From: an uncultured Thermotogae bacterium
Lineage (GTDB): Bacteria; Bipolaricaulota; Bipolaricaulia; UBA7950; UBA9294
Assembly (NCBI GenBank): GCA_964570515.1
Contig: CAZMYM010000004.1
Span: 15,937 to 79,936 of the forward strand
Length of the DNA: 64,000 bases
Reading direction: 5' to 3'
Position numbers and translations under genes: made by a program. The notes beneath the pieces are model-generated. The model was given only the letters and a program-made list of their open reading frames with translations, was not told where the DNA came from and made no database searches. Shown piece by piece: positions 1 through 9,785 of the stretch. Each line of letters opens with the position of its first letter. Within the stretch, counting starts at the first letter, position 1.

Positions 1-1315
1 TCGCCATGGCGGATCTCTCGATCGACTCGCAAGCGCTTGCCGTATCGGCCGCGTAGGCTTGCGCCCGATCTCGCGCGGAGTCGGCGGCGTATGCGGAATC
101 GAATGCCGAATCGTAGTCGAAGGCAATCGCCGATGTCGTCTGGATGAGGGCGGAGAGGTTCCAGGCGAGGGCGCTCGCATGCGCGTAGGCCGCGGCCCAA
201 GCCAGATGATGTGCCCTGCGAACCGCGCTCTTGAGATCTTCGACGGTTGCCGCGCCAATCTTATGGTCCTCGATCTCACCGACAGCGAATGCGCCGCTTC
301 CGTCCCAGCCGCCGACTGTGTCAAATGCGGCCTCATCGATCGGGTCAGACGTCAGTGCGAGGCGCAGCCATCGTGGCTCGGACAGCGTCTTCATCCAATC
401 CTGGTCCACCGGAATCGACAGAGCGATGAGCTTCTCTTCCCCGGGCGCCAGATCGACTGGGAGATTTGTCAAGATCCACTCGTCGCCTGAAGCGGACTGT
501 TGCCATTGTCCGTCACGATTGAGGTCGTAGAGCACGTTCAAGTAGCCAGCCTCGGTGGGTGAATGCGCATCGCGGGCAACGGAGATCTGGAGGCGGATGG
601 CACCCGAGGGAAGGAGTTCCACGAACAGGGCGTCATCGATGTCATCGTCCACGAGGTTGGGCACTCGATCAGGATCTTCAGGGTCCATGGCGCCCAGTTC
701 CCGGCTGACCAGGGAGGGGCTGCCAAGAGCGAACCCACCGGCGACTGCCGCGTGCGCGCCTGGCATCCCTTCAACACGGGCATTGGAGGTTTCGTAGAGG
801 GTCGGAAAGCGCCCGATGACATCCTGCGTCGGATCGGCGGCGTAGCCGCATGGCTGATCATCCGGCGCATCGCCGTAGTCAGCGAGAACGGTCTCGGTGA
901 CGATCCGGAACTCGTCAGTCACAAGGCGCATCTCGTTCAGGAAAACGTCGACTCGCCACTGGCCCAGCGGGACATCGTCGGAGATGATGAACTCCTGGGC
1001 CACAGGCGCCATGGCGTACGTCACGCCTTCTGCGCCGACAGCGATGGGGCCGTTCTCGATCCAAAGCCTCCCGTCTGGCGAGAAGAAGCGCCAGGTGAGT
1101 TTCTGCACGTCGTCGATGGGGCCGACGTTCACCCACGAGTGCAGGCACCCGTCTGTCGTTGTGTACTCGCTGACTCGATCGATCGGCGGCAGTCCGGAGA
1201 CGATGGCGTGGTCGATCAGCTCTTGGCCTAGAGCGCCAGCGGCCAACAAGACCACTATGATGACGGGCGCAGACACAACGCCGATTCCAAGAAGTCTGAG
1301 CCTTCCTCTTCTCAT
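1..1315 (-). CDS. Secreted GEVED-domain protein (3' end runs off the window, partial)
   Basis: Own translation of the minus strand: ATG at 1315-1313 preceded by GGAGGA, open frame down to position 1 (not in the ORF track because there is no stop inside the window). Signal-like N-terminus MRRGRLRLLGIGVVSAPVIIVVLLAAGALG. DYGDAP...GEIEDH matches the start and end motifs of the GEVED domain. Confidence 0.6.
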   Translation of the reverse strand, partial: MRRGRLRLLGIGVVSAPVIIVVLLAAGALGQELIDHAIVSGLPPIDRVSEYTTTDGCLHSWVNVGPIDDVQKLTWRFFSPDGRLWIENGPIAVGAEGVTYAMAPVAQEFIISDDVPLGQWRVDVFLNEMRLVTDEFRIVTETVLADYGDAPDDQPCGYAADPTQDVIGRFPTLYETSNARVEGMPGAHAAVAGGFALGSPSLVSRELGAMDPEDPDRVPNLVDDDIDDALFVELLPSGAIRLQISVARDAHSPTEAGYLNVLYDLNRDGQWQQSASGDEWILTNLPVDLAPGEEKLIALSIPVDQDWMKTLSEPRWLRLALTSDPIDEAAFDTVGGWDGSGAFAVGEIEDHKIGAATVEDLKSAVRRAHHLAWAAAYAHASALAWNLSALIQTTSAIAFDYDSAFDSAYAADSARDRAQAYAADTASACESIERSAMA

Positions 1316-1716
1316 ATCGCTCCTCCATGGGTGGAAGCCTTGGTTGTATATCGTATTCCTGCATCATCCCGTTCGACTGATGGTTTTCCCAACACGGGAC
1401 CTAGTATGTGGCACAGACTAGGGGGGCGTTGCGTCCCTGTCAAGTGAAGGACTGCGCTAGAAGACGACTCAGACGGGAACGTACACTGACATGCCCATAG
1501 GAGCAGAGATCTGAGTAGGACTCAGCGTGTCCTTGCGGGCCCCGGTGCAGATCAAGAAGCGATCACACTGGGAGGGCAGTGCGTCGTGCAGGTCTCTCCG
1601 GGTGCGAGGATCCGTCGACTGCGGTGATCTCGTCCGGTGTGCCGGCGGCGCGACGATGGCACCGCCGGTGTGGTGTGTCTGAAGTGCTCCCGCGGATATC
1701 AGCTTCCTCGTCACGG

Positions 1717-2187
1717 CTACGCCGCGATCGGAAGGTAGAGATCGAACACCCATGCCGCGGGGTCCGTCTCGGCCGGGTTTCGGATCTCCTCGAGGCACGT
1801 GCACCAGTTCGGCGGACGCGTGTACGAGCTATCCTCGAACCACGCGACGAGCGCACGCCAGACCTCACCGATGTGCGAGAGCCCGGTGAAGCGGGTCACG
1901 GCGTACTTCGCGCCCGCGACCTCCTTGATCTCGATCGGGTCCTCGGCTTCCACATCCGGCCCGACGACGAGCCAGATTTCGTAGCCGTAGTTCGGGCTTC
2001 CCGGAGAAGGGTTCGGGTTATTGAACCCGAAGGTTCTGTAGTCGGGGGATCCCGGCTCGAGGCCCAGCTTCCGTGCGAACTTGGTGATTATCCCCACGGC
2101 TTGATCCTCCGGGTGCTCTCCATAGCCGAGCGCGCTGGCGATGCGCATCGGCGGGAGATCCACGATCCGTACGTCTTTCAGTGCCAT
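1717..2187 (-). CDS. GyrI-like / AraC-effector-binding-domain small-molecule binding protein
   Basis: Internal start MALKDVRIVDLPPMRIASALGYGE with AAGGAG upstream. The 60 codons upstream in the track ORF are Arg/Ser-rich junk. Length and sequence pattern fit the GyrI-like fold family. Confidence 0.65.
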   Translation of the reverse strand: MALKDVRIVDLPPMRIASALGYGEHPEDQAVGIITKFARKLGLEPGSPDYRTFGFNNPNPSPGSPNYGYEIWLVVGPDVEAEDPIEIKEVAGAKYAVTRFTGLSHIGEVWRALVAWFEDSSYTRPPNWCTCLEEIRNPAETDPAAWVFDLYLPIAA

Positions 2188-2200
2188 GGTGAGTCTCCTT

Positions 2201-2785
2201 TCACAGCTTGAGACGCTCTTCCTGGGAGAGCGCGTTCTCGTAGTCGAAGAACCTGAACGGCACGTCCGGGTTCTCCGAAACGTTGGTCTTGGTGAAACCC
2301 ATCCGCTCGTAGAACCCGTGGTTCTTAGTTGAGAACTCCGGCGTGTCGAGGCTCCATCGGACGACATCAGGATGATGCCGGTACATCTGGCGCAGGATCT
2401 CCTGGCCGATGCCTCGGTCCTGATAGTCCGGATCGACGTAGATCCCCTCGCACGTCCACTCCCCGTTGCCGAGGTCCGGCCGTGCGACGACGAAGAGGCC
2501 GCCGACGATGCGGTCCTCCCCGAGGATGACCTTGTAGTAGGTCGTGTCAGATGCCTTTCGTTCTCCTTCGCTCAGTGATTCGATGACCTTGCGTGTCCAG
2601 CGATACGACACGTGTGGGGGTCCCTTGTCCGGATCGTCCTGAGCCTGATTCGCTTCCCGTAACGCCTCCGGCATCCACTTGCGGTCGTCGTAGAACGCCA
2701 GCGCGGCAACGACAGCGAGTGATCCGGCGTCCTCAGGTGTCGCCGGCTCCAGCCGGACGGGACGAGTCTCGGTTCTTCGTGGCAT
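2201..2785 (-). CDS. GNAT family N-acetyltransferase
   Basis: Motif A-like QDRGIGQEILRQM and C-terminal FYERMGF. Start MPRRTE preceded by AAGGGAAG. 14 nt upstream of the GyrI-like gene, same strand. Confidence 0.75.
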   Translation of the reverse strand: MPRRTETRPVRLEPATPEDAGSLAVVAALAFYDDRKWMPEALREANQAQDDPDKGPPHVSYRWTRKVIESLSEGERKASDTTYYKVILGEDRIVGGLFVVARPDLGNGEWTCEGIYVDPDYQDRGIGQEILRQMYRHHPDVVRWSLDTPEFSTKNHGFYERMGFTKTNVSENPDVPFRFFDYENALSQEERLKL

Positions 2786-2819
2786 GTGCACTTCCCTTGT
2801 CCTCAGTCTGCCGCCTATT

Positions 2820-2838
2820 TGTGACATCCAGTGTCACA
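2820..2838. promoter_or_regulatory. Perfect inverted repeat TGTGACA-N5-TGTCACA in the divergent GNAT / yafY-like intergenic region (candidate operator)
   Basis: Read directly: tgtgacatccagtgtcaca lies between the divergent starts at 2785 and 2869. Confidence 0.4.
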
Positions 2839-2868
2839 GTTGTAGAATGCCGTCACTGGAGGGCGTTC

Positions 2869-3867
2869 ATGCGTGCCGATCGGCTGTTGTCGATCCTGAT
2901 GTTCCTGCAGACGCGCGGTCGTACGACGACCGATCGTCTCGCCCTTGAGTTCGAGGTCTCCCGAAGAACGATCATTCGAGACCTGTACGCGCTCCGCGTC
3001 GCCGGGTTCCCTGTCTACACGGAGAAGGGACCGCACGGCGGCTGCTACTTGCATGAGGAATTTCGGAACACGTTGACGCAGCTGACGTCCGACGAGATCG
3101 CGGCCCTGTTCCTCTCCAGCATTCAACAGCCGCTGAAGGATCTGGGGCTCTCGGCCCCGCTTCGGGGCGCGGTTCTCAAGCTGACGGCGGCGCTTCCCGA
3201 ATCCCGCCAGGCTGCCAGCAGTCACGTGACGAAGCGGATTGTCATCGATTCCACACCCTGGTCCGGACGCGTAGAACCGATTGACCATCTATCCGTGCTT
3301 CACAAGGCGGCGATGGAGGATCGCTGGGTACGTGTGAGCTTCGAGCGCCTGTTCGACGTCGTGACGACGAGGCGGATTGCTCCGTACGGGCTCGTGGCGA
3401 AGGCGGGTGCGTGGTTTGTCGTCTGGGCAGGAGAGGACAGCCGACTGCGCGTCGATCGCCTCTCCAGGATCCGTGAGGCGCAGATGGACGAGGCACGGTT
3501 CGAGCGTCCGAAGGGGTTTGATGTCGAGGTGTTCTGGTCGACGTGGCGGGAGCGGCAGGAGAAGGCTCGCCCGGCGTTCGACGTCAGACTCCGCGTGCGG
3601 AAGCGCGCGCTCACAAACGTCCGCGATGCACTCGGTGAGCGTCGCGGCGTCTTTCCTGACACCGAGAACGCGTCGGATGCGTGGGTCGAGATCGACGTCT
3701 CTTTCCCCTTCTTCGAAGAAGCACGTCGGGACTTGCTGGCGCTCGGTGGGGCGGTGGAGGTGATCCGTCCGAGGGCTCTCCGCGCTTCGATGGCCGACTT
3801 CGCGGAGCAGATCGGGCGGCGCTACGCGGACGAGGGCCCGCTCGATGGGACGGAAGGTCGGGCGTAG
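2869..3867 (+). CDS. YafY-family HTH + WYL domain transcriptional regulator
   Basis: MRADRLLSILMFLQTRGRTTTDRLALEFEVSRRTIIRDLYALRVAGFPV (HTH_11-like). Later RRIAPYGLVAKAGAWFVVW...RVDRLSRI (WYL-like). Confidence 0.8.
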   Translation: MRADRLLSILMFLQTRGRTTTDRLALEFEVSRRTIIRDLYALRVAGFPVYTEKGPHGGCYLHEEFRNTLTQLTSDEIAALFLSSIQQPLKDLGLSAPLRGAVLKLTAALPESRQAASSHVTKRIVIDSTPWSGRVEPIDHLSVLHKAAMEDRWVRVSFERLFDVVTTRRIAPYGLVAKAGAWFVVWAGEDSRLRVDRLSRIREAQMDEARFERPKGFDVEVFWSTWRERQEKARPAFDVRLRVRKRALTNVRDALGERRGVFPDTENASDAWVEIDVSFPFFEEARRDLLALGGAVEVIRPRALRASMADFAEQIGRRYADEGPLDGTEGRA

Positions 3868-3889
3868 AATCGGCGCCAAGGAGGTTGGC

Positions 3890-5764
3890 ATGAACCTTGA
3901 CCGGCTCGTTGCGCGTCTCGCCGAGGAGATCTCGGGGGCGCGTGCGAAGCGCATCGCAGAAGAGATCTCTCAGTTTCACCGGATCCAAGGATCTCCCGGG
4001 TACAACGAGGCGATCGATCACGTGAGCGCGGCGCTCGCGGCCGTCGGCGTCGAATCCAAGGTGCACGAATACCCCGCAGATGGACGGTCGAAGACATACG
4101 AGTGGACGGCGCCTCCTGCGTGGTCCGTCCGGTCCGGATCCCTGTGGCAGACGGAACCGAAAGAACGCGCGTTGGCATCGTTCGATGAGATTCTTCAGTC
4201 GGTGGTCGTGCACTCTCCTGGCGGGGCGGTGGAGGGCGAACTGATCCACGTCGGCAACGGGACGGCGGACGAGGACTATAAGGGAGCGGACGTTGGTGCG
4301 AAGCTGGTTCTTGTCTGCGGGCGAGCCTCTGAGGTCGAGAAGCAGGCGGGACCCAGAGGGGCGGCCGGGATCGTCATCTACCCGGACAGCGAACGGGCGG
4401 CAGCCGATCATGATCTTGTGCAGTACCAGGGGATCTTCCCGCGGGCGGAGGCGATCGAAGCTCTGGTGCCGGCGTTCTCGATCTCCCGTCGAGCAGCCGA
4501 CCGGCTGCTGAAGTCTCTCGATCATGGTCCTGTGAAACTGCGCGGTGAGATCGACGCCGAGTTCATCGACGGACATCTCCGCGTACTGGAGGCGCTCGTC
4601 CGTGGAGAGGATGCCGATGCGGGGGAGGTTGTCCTCGTGGCCCACATTTGCCACCCTCGCCAGTCGGCGAACGACAACGCCTCGGGGAGCGGGCTTCTCG
4701 TCGAGCTGGCGCGGACTCTGCAGGGGCTGCGGGAAGAAGTCGGATTGCGCCACACCGTGCGCTTCGTCTGGGTGCCCGAGTTTTACGGGACGCTCCCGTG
4801 GGCCGTGGCGCACACCGAGGAATTGAAGCGCGCGCACTTCGTGCTCAACCTCGACATGGTCGGACAGTCGCCGGACGTGATCGGGGAACCGTTGCGAGTG
4901 TCTCGTGTTCCGAACGCCATTCCGAGCTACCTGAACGCGTGCATCGCGCCGATTGCGACACGCGTCGCGACGCTTGCCGCCGTCGCACCGGGTGGGTCGC
5001 TGAGGACGTTTCACTGGTCGTTCGACGTGCCGTGCGGAGGGAGCGACCACCTCGTGTTCGGCGCGTCCCCGCACCGGCTGCCGGCGGTGATGCTTCATCA
5101 CGACGATCCGTTCTGGCACACGAGTCTCGATACCGTCGACAAGGTCGATCCGTCTCGGCTGAAGCAGGTCGGGATCCTGAGCGCAACCCTTGCGATGCTG
5201 CCGAGCGTGCACGAGGAAGGTCCGTGCTTTCTGCAAGAGTGGCTCCTTGGCTTCGGCGTGGATGCAATGACCCGGGCGAGTGCCCTCGCCCGTCAGCTTG
5301 GCCCTCGAGATGGACGAAGGCTTCTGGGACTGGCGCTCCGGATCGAGGAGGAACGAGTCGACGACCTGGTTCGGGCTTTCTCGGAGGACCTCGATGCGCC
5401 CTCCGTCGATCGTCACAAGGCCGCGTTGCGCGCCGCCTTTGACCACGTCGCGGGACTCCTGCCGGACGCGGACGGTGCCTCGGCCGGGGACTCGGCGGAA
5501 CGCACACCGAAGCGGATCGTCGACGGGCCGCTCGTCTACGTCGTGACCGAGCGGCTCGACGAGGAGGAGCTGGCCTTCTTCAAGGAGACGCTGTCTGCCG
5601 AACATCGCGCTGTCGCCGAAAGCCTGCTCGGTCTCTGCGACGGGACGCGCACGGTGGAGGAGATCGCGCTGCAGCTCTCTCTCGACTTCGATCGGGCCAT
5701 CCCCGCGGAGGACGTCGAGCGCGGGATCGACCTCCTTGTCAAGGTTGGTTACGCAGAAGGCTAG
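3890..5764 (+). CDS. M28-family zinc peptidase with PA domain and C-terminal winged-helix-like extension
   Basis: Start MNLDRL after AAGGAGG. HICHPRQSANDNASGSGLL and LNLDMVG metal-ligand-like motifs typical of M28/aminopeptidase-like proteins. Confidence 0.6.
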   Translation: MNLDRLVARLAEEISGARAKRIAEEISQFHRIQGSPGYNEAIDHVSAALAAVGVESKVHEYPADGRSKTYEWTAPPAWSVRSGSLWQTEPKERALASFDEILQSVVVHSPGGAVEGELIHVGNGTADEDYKGADVGAKLVLVCGRASEVEKQAGPRGAAGIVIYPDSERAAADHDLVQYQGIFPRAEAIEALVPAFSISRRAADRLLKSLDHGPVKLRGEIDAEFIDGHLRVLEALVRGEDADAGEVVLVAHICHPRQSANDNASGSGLLVELARTLQGLREEVGLRHTVRFVWVPEFYGTLPWAVAHTEELKRAHFVLNLDMVGQSPDVIGEPLRVSRVPNAIPSYLNACIAPIATRVATLAAVAPGGSLRTFHWSFDVPCGGSDHLVFGASPHRLPAVMLHHDDPFWHTSLDTVDKVDPSRLKQVGILSATLAMLPSVHEEGPCFLQEWLLGFGVDAMTRASALARQLGPRDGRRLLGLALRIEEERVDDLVRAFSEDLDAPSVDRHKAALRAAFDHVAGLLPDADGASAGDSAERTPKRIVDGPLVYVVTERLDEEELAFFKETLSAEHRAVAESLLGLCDGTRTVEEIALQLSLDFDRAIPAEDVERGIDLLVKVGYAEG

Positions 5765-5788
5765 TGTGCGAGGGTGCTCGGGAGACAC

Positions 5789-6583
5789 CTACTCGGCGAG
5801 CTTTCGAAGGTAGTAGTAGAGATGGGTGTACCGACACGCGTTCGTCCGCTGCGAGTACTTCGTCCGCCACTCCGCCTCGGTCGGTGCGGCGTCGTCTTCA
5901 CCGCGCAGCTCCGTCCACTCCTCCCCGGAGAGCTTCTCGGCCGCCTCGCGCAAGTAGCGCGCCCGCTTCTCTTTCGAGACGATCTCCCAGCGTGCGACGA
6001 GCGCATCGGCTTTGGAGTCGGTGAACATGCTGTGCAGCGTCCGTTCGCCGTCTTCGTCGCCCCAGAACTCGCCTGGCGACTCCTCCGTGCCGAACCATGC
6101 CTTGGGCCAGGAATCGATCGAGATGACGCCCAGGAAGGCTGAGCCCCCGGGTTTCAGGACGCGTCGCATCTCGTCGATCGCACACTGAGTATCGGCCTTG
6201 GTGAGGTGGCACATCGAGTAGTGCTCGAACACGTAGTCGAAGGAGGCATCCTCGAACGGCATGCTGCGCATGTCCCCGTGCACGAGTTCGATGCTGAGTC
6301 CACGCTCGATGACGTACTCGCGGGCCTTCGCCAAGCTCTCTTCATCGATGTCGAGACCCCACGCTGCCATGCCCTGCTCGGCGAAGAGGGCGACCGGAGG
6401 GACGCGGCCACCGGCGCCGCAATCGAGGATCCGACGTCCTTCGAGGGACTCTCCGACTTCGAGGCGCGACTGGATCAGACTGAGAAAGGCGTAGACGGGG
6501 GTGGCGTTGGCGCGAAGAACTGTCGGCCTCAACGGGTGCCCTCCTCCTGCCCACGCGTAGATTCCTCGGCGGCTGCTAGTCAT
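5789..6583 (-). CDS. Class I SAM-dependent methyltransferase
   Basis: ILDCGAGGG-type motif I (RILDCGAGGRVP), then DMRSMPFEDASFDYVF and VLKPGGSAFL. The start overlaps the stop of the upstream parvulin gene by 8 nt. Confidence 0.7.
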   Translation of the reverse strand: MTSSRRGIYAWAGGGHPLRPTVLRANATPVYAFLSLIQSRLEVGESLEGRRILDCGAGGRVPPVALFAEQGMAAWGLDIDEESLAKAREYVIERGLSIELVHGDMRSMPFEDASFDYVFEHYSMCHLTKADTQCAIDEMRRVLKPGGSAFLGVISIDSWPKAWFGTEESPGEFWGDEDGERTLHSMFTDSKADALVARWEIVSKEKRARYLREAAEKLSGEEWTELRGEDDAAPTEAEWRTKYSQRTNACRYTHLYYYLRKLAE

Positions 6584-6860
6584 CGCTCCGACTGAGAATC
6601 TCGATGATGTGGTAGCCGAACTGCGTCGCGATCGGGCCGTGGATCTCTCCGATCGCGTCGTTGAACACGACGCGGTCGAACTCGGGAACCATTTGCCCCG
6701 GCGAGAACTCTCCCAGATCACCGCCGGATTGCCCGGACGGGCAGTTCGAGTGCTCGGCGGCGAGGTGTTCGAAGTCCGCGCCGTTCTCGAGTTGCCGGAT
6801 CAGTTCCTGGCAGCGTTCTTCGTCGTCGACCAGGATGTGTCGTGCCGTTGCCTTTGCCAT
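6576..6860 (-). CDS. PpiC/parvulin-type peptidyl-prolyl cis-trans isomerase
   Basis: ARHILV...CPSGQSGGDLGEFSPGQMVPEFD...GPIATQFGYHII is the classic single-domain parvulin signature. GGAGGA lies 6 nt before ATG 6860. Confidence 0.85.
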   Translation of the reverse strand: MAKATARHILVDDEERCQELIRQLENGADFEHLAAEHSNCPSGQSGGDLGEFSPGQMVPEFDRVVFNDAIGEIHGPIATQFGYHIIEILSRSDD

Positions 6861-6918
6861 TGCTTCCTCCATCGCGTTGCGGGATTCACGTGCCGCATGA
6901 GCGACCGCGGGCGAGATG

Positions 6919-8037
6919 TTAGTCGGTGCGAAGCCCCTTTGCAGGTGATGTGGAGCGGTTCCGCGATTCGAGGTCCAACAGGTATCGCTTGCGCCACAGC
7001 CCCCCGCTGTAGCCGGTCAGCTTGCCGTCGGCGCCGCCGACCCGATGGCAGGGGACGATGATGGCCACTCTGTTGTCGCCGTTGGCGCGGGCGACGGCGC
7101 GAACGGCGGTCGGCCGCCCGATCGCCTTGGCCTGGTCCTGATACGATCGCGTTTCGCCGTACGGGATGCTGCAGAGCGCGTCCCACACGGTCTCCTGGAA
7201 TGGAGTCCCGGGAAGAACCAGCGGCAGATCGAATGTATGCCGAGCCCCATCGAAGTACTCGGCGAGTTGCGTTTCGAGAGCACCAAGGTGGCGATTCGTG
7301 CCAGGGAGCACTTCCGCATTCAAGCAGTTCCTCAGGCGAGCGATCTGGGTTTCGAGCATCCGGCGATCGGCGAACTCGAGGAGACAGACGCCGACCTCGG
7401 TGGCGGCCGCCAGCATCGGCCCGAGCGGCGACGGGATCCGCGGGACAGTGACAAGGCCTTTGCCGTGCGATCCGCTCGGCGGAGCCCCGGTCGCCTTCTT
7501 GAAGGCGTCGACAAACCCGCTCAGGGAGCCGTGCCCCGTACCGAACGCGGCCGAGGCGACGTCGTCTCCGTTGCGGATCCGACCAAAGGCGGCGCCGAGA
7601 CGAAGGAGCCGGCAGTAGGCATGAAATGTGATCCCATGATGCTGTTTGAACCACCGCCGGACGCGACTCGGTTCGATGCCTCGATTGCGCAAATCCTGAT
7701 CCCTCCAACGCGCGGCGGGATCCTGTTGGACCGCCTACAGGAGTTCTTCGATCCAGTTCGGAGCGCTGCCGAGCGGCTCCATCGGCCGGCAGACCTTGCA
7801 CGGTCTGTACCCATGAGTAAGGGCTTCTTGCGTGGTCGAGAAGAACTCAACGTTCCCTCGCTTGGGTGTTCGCGCAGTGCAGCCGGGTCGACAGAAGATG
7901 CCCGTCGTCCGAACCCCGACCACGAAGATCCCCTCGAACCGCGAGTCCCGCTCGAGGAGTGCGGTATACATGGCCTCTTCGCTCGGGAGACTGCGTCCGT
8001 CCGTGTCGAGACGATCTCGCGTCGCTTGTGTGCTCAT
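6919..8037 (-). pseudogene. ada: Ada-like bifunctional regulator / O6-methylguanine-DNA methyltransferase interrupted by an in-frame TAG (7735-7737)
   Basis: N-terminal Ada Zn-binding domain (FCRPGCTARTPKRGNVEFF...CKVCRP). Then ELL-TAG-AVQQDPAARWRDQDLRNRGIEPSRVRRWFKQHHGITFHAY (AraC HTH) continues in the same frame. C-terminal MGMT with the PCHRV active site. Confidence 0.7.
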
Positions 8038-8218
8038 GACCCGACACTGTAGGACGCGCGCGTAGTCGCCACAACCGGAGACTGAACATGGATGTCGACT
8101 CGGGGTTCGGTGATCTGCAGTCGGTATCGCGTCCGGTCGACGGAGGCGAAGGCCCGACGCGTCAGGAGCAGCGTCAGAAGAGCTGACGCGATATGCGCGA
8201 GCTGCGCGAGATCACGTG

Positions 8219-8911
8219 TCAGAGCGCGAGGAAACGCCGCAGGATCGTGTCGGCCGCGTCGTTTCGCGGCGGCGCGTTGCGGAGCGCGTGGAAGATGTGG
8301 CGTACCGGCTTGCGGCCGAGCAACAACGTGAAGCGGAGGAAGATCCTCGCCTTCCAAGACGACATCTCCGGGTGCGCCTGGATCCCCCAAACGGGCTTGT
8401 TCCCGTAGCGAAGGACGTGCGTGTCACAGTGCCTCGTTCGCCCGAGCTTCCGCCAAGGAGCAGGTGGATCGACGGCCTCGTCGAAGTGATAGACGAACGT
8501 GTTCCACGGGTTCGGGAGCCCGTCGAACAGCGGATCGGATTCGACCATCTCGATCTCGCCCCAGCCGACCTCCGGCGGGTCCGACTGTCGCAGATATTCA
8601 GAACCGGACAGCGCGTAGACGAGCATCTGGTGCCCGAAGCAGGACCCGAGGACGGGAATCCCACGAGCCACGGCGTCGCGGATCAGCTCCTTCTCTGCCC
8701 CGAACCACGGGTTCGGCTCGAGAATCGAACCCTCCGACCCGGTGAGGATGATATGGGTGAAGCCATCGAGCGGCGGAATCGCCGCCCGGGACGGAATGTT
8801 CACCGTCCGCGTGTCGATCCCCTTCAGGTGCGCCTTCCAATGCCAGCATGGCTTGAACACGAATCGATGCACCGCGTTGTCGACGATGAGGACGAAGGCA
8901 TGCTCCGGCAT
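8219..8911 (-). CDS. Class I glutamine amidotransferase-like protein (paralog 1)
   Basis: GSCFGHQML nucleophile-elbow motif and GIQAHPE. The start is uncertain (8911 by alignment with the paralog at 15874..16572, alternative ATG at 8977). Confidence 0.7.
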   Translation of the reverse strand: MPEHAFVLIVDNAVHRFVFKPCWHWKAHLKGIDTRTVNIPSRAAIPPLDGFTHIILTGSEGSILEPNPWFGAEKELIRDAVARGIPVLGSCFGHQMLVYALSGSEYLRQSDPPEVGWGEIEMVESDPLFDGLPNPWNTFVYHFDEAVDPPAPWRKLGRTRHCDTHVLRYGNKPVWGIQAHPEMSSWKARIFLRFTLLLGRKPVRHIFHALRNAPPRNDAADTILRRFLAL

Positions 8912-9029
8912 GCCCGGAGTATAGCCGGTGGTATCGTGTTGGCTCGGCAGCGTCTCATCTGTATCCTGCGTATACATTCAACCGTGTGATACTGCGTTAG
9001 TAGTGCACGAAGGCAAGGAAGGAGCGACC

Positions 9030-9746
9030 ATGGCCGGGAATGTGGAATCAGGTAAGAGAGAGACAAGGAATGTCCTTGCGTACAGCGTGCTGGGCATCTC
9101 AGCAGCTGGGATCTTGGCGCTGGCCGGGTTCGCTGTTGGATCGAAGAGCGCTGATGCCAAGGAGATCTTCAACATCGTACTTCCTGTGTTCGCGACGTGG
9201 GTCGGGACGGTGTTGGCGTTCTACTTCGGTCGAGAGAATTTCGAATCGGCCAATCGAGAAGTCCGACAAATGGTCGACAAGCTGTCACCCGCGCAACGGG
9301 CGCAGGCAGCAATCTCAACGATCATGCGTGACGTGGTTCGAACGACGTGCTTCCGCCTGTCCGCGGAGCGGACAGAGGAGACCGCGAAGGTCAAGGATCT
9401 GCGTGAGCTGTTCGAGAAAGCCGGCATAACGCGTGTCCCCGTGCTCACGGAGGACGGGAACGCGAAGTACATGATCCACGAGAGCAGCGTTACGAAGTAC
9501 CTGGCTGGCGACGCACACAGCGAGGGCGATCCACTCAGCAAGCTGGTGACTGCACACCATGATCTCGTCTCGTTGAACAAGGGTTTCATTGTGGTGTCGG
9601 GAGCAACGCCGATTGTCACGGCGAAGATCAGGATGGAGCAGACCTCCTCGTGTCAGGACATCTTCGTCACGAAGACCGGGGGAGCTGACGAGCCCGTGCT
9701 CGGATGGGTGTCGAACATCCGTCTGGCGAAGTCCATCGAGGCGTAG
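9030..9746 (+). CDS. Membrane-anchored CBS-pair domain protein
   Basis: Start MAGNVE after AAGGAAGGAG. Two predicted TM helices (LAYSVLGISAAGILALAGFAV, IFNIVLPVFATWVGTVLAFYF), followed by two CBS-like repeats (ITRVPVLTEDG..., IFVTKTGGADEPVLGWVS). Confidence 0.65.
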   Translation: MAGNVESGKRETRNVLAYSVLGISAAGILALAGFAVGSKSADAKEIFNIVLPVFATWVGTVLAFYFGRENFESANREVRQMVDKLSPAQRAQAAISTIMRDVVRTTCFRLSAERTEETAKVKDLRELFEKAGITRVPVLTEDGNAKYMIHESSVTKYLAGDAHSEGDPLSKLVTAHHDLVSLNKGFIVVSGATPIVTAKIRMEQTSSCQDIFVTKTGGADEPVLGWVSNIRLAKSIEA

Positions 9747-9785
9747 CCTGAGCCGAATGAACGTACGATCGAACCGACGGCGCCT

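Noticed and set aside
3611-5788. 725-aa ORF on the minus strand, the longest in this region
   Set aside because: It is antisense to the well-supported M28 peptidase gene. The translation is Arg/Pro/Gly/His-rich low-complexity sequence typical of the mirror frame in high-GC DNA, and it has no RBS.
7735-7737. In-frame TAG in ada, considered as evidence for stop-codon reassignment or pyrrolysine
   Set aside because: TAG terminates neighbouring well-supported genes (for example 3865-3867, 5762-5764, 11277-11279). There are no pyl genes and it is a single occurrence.
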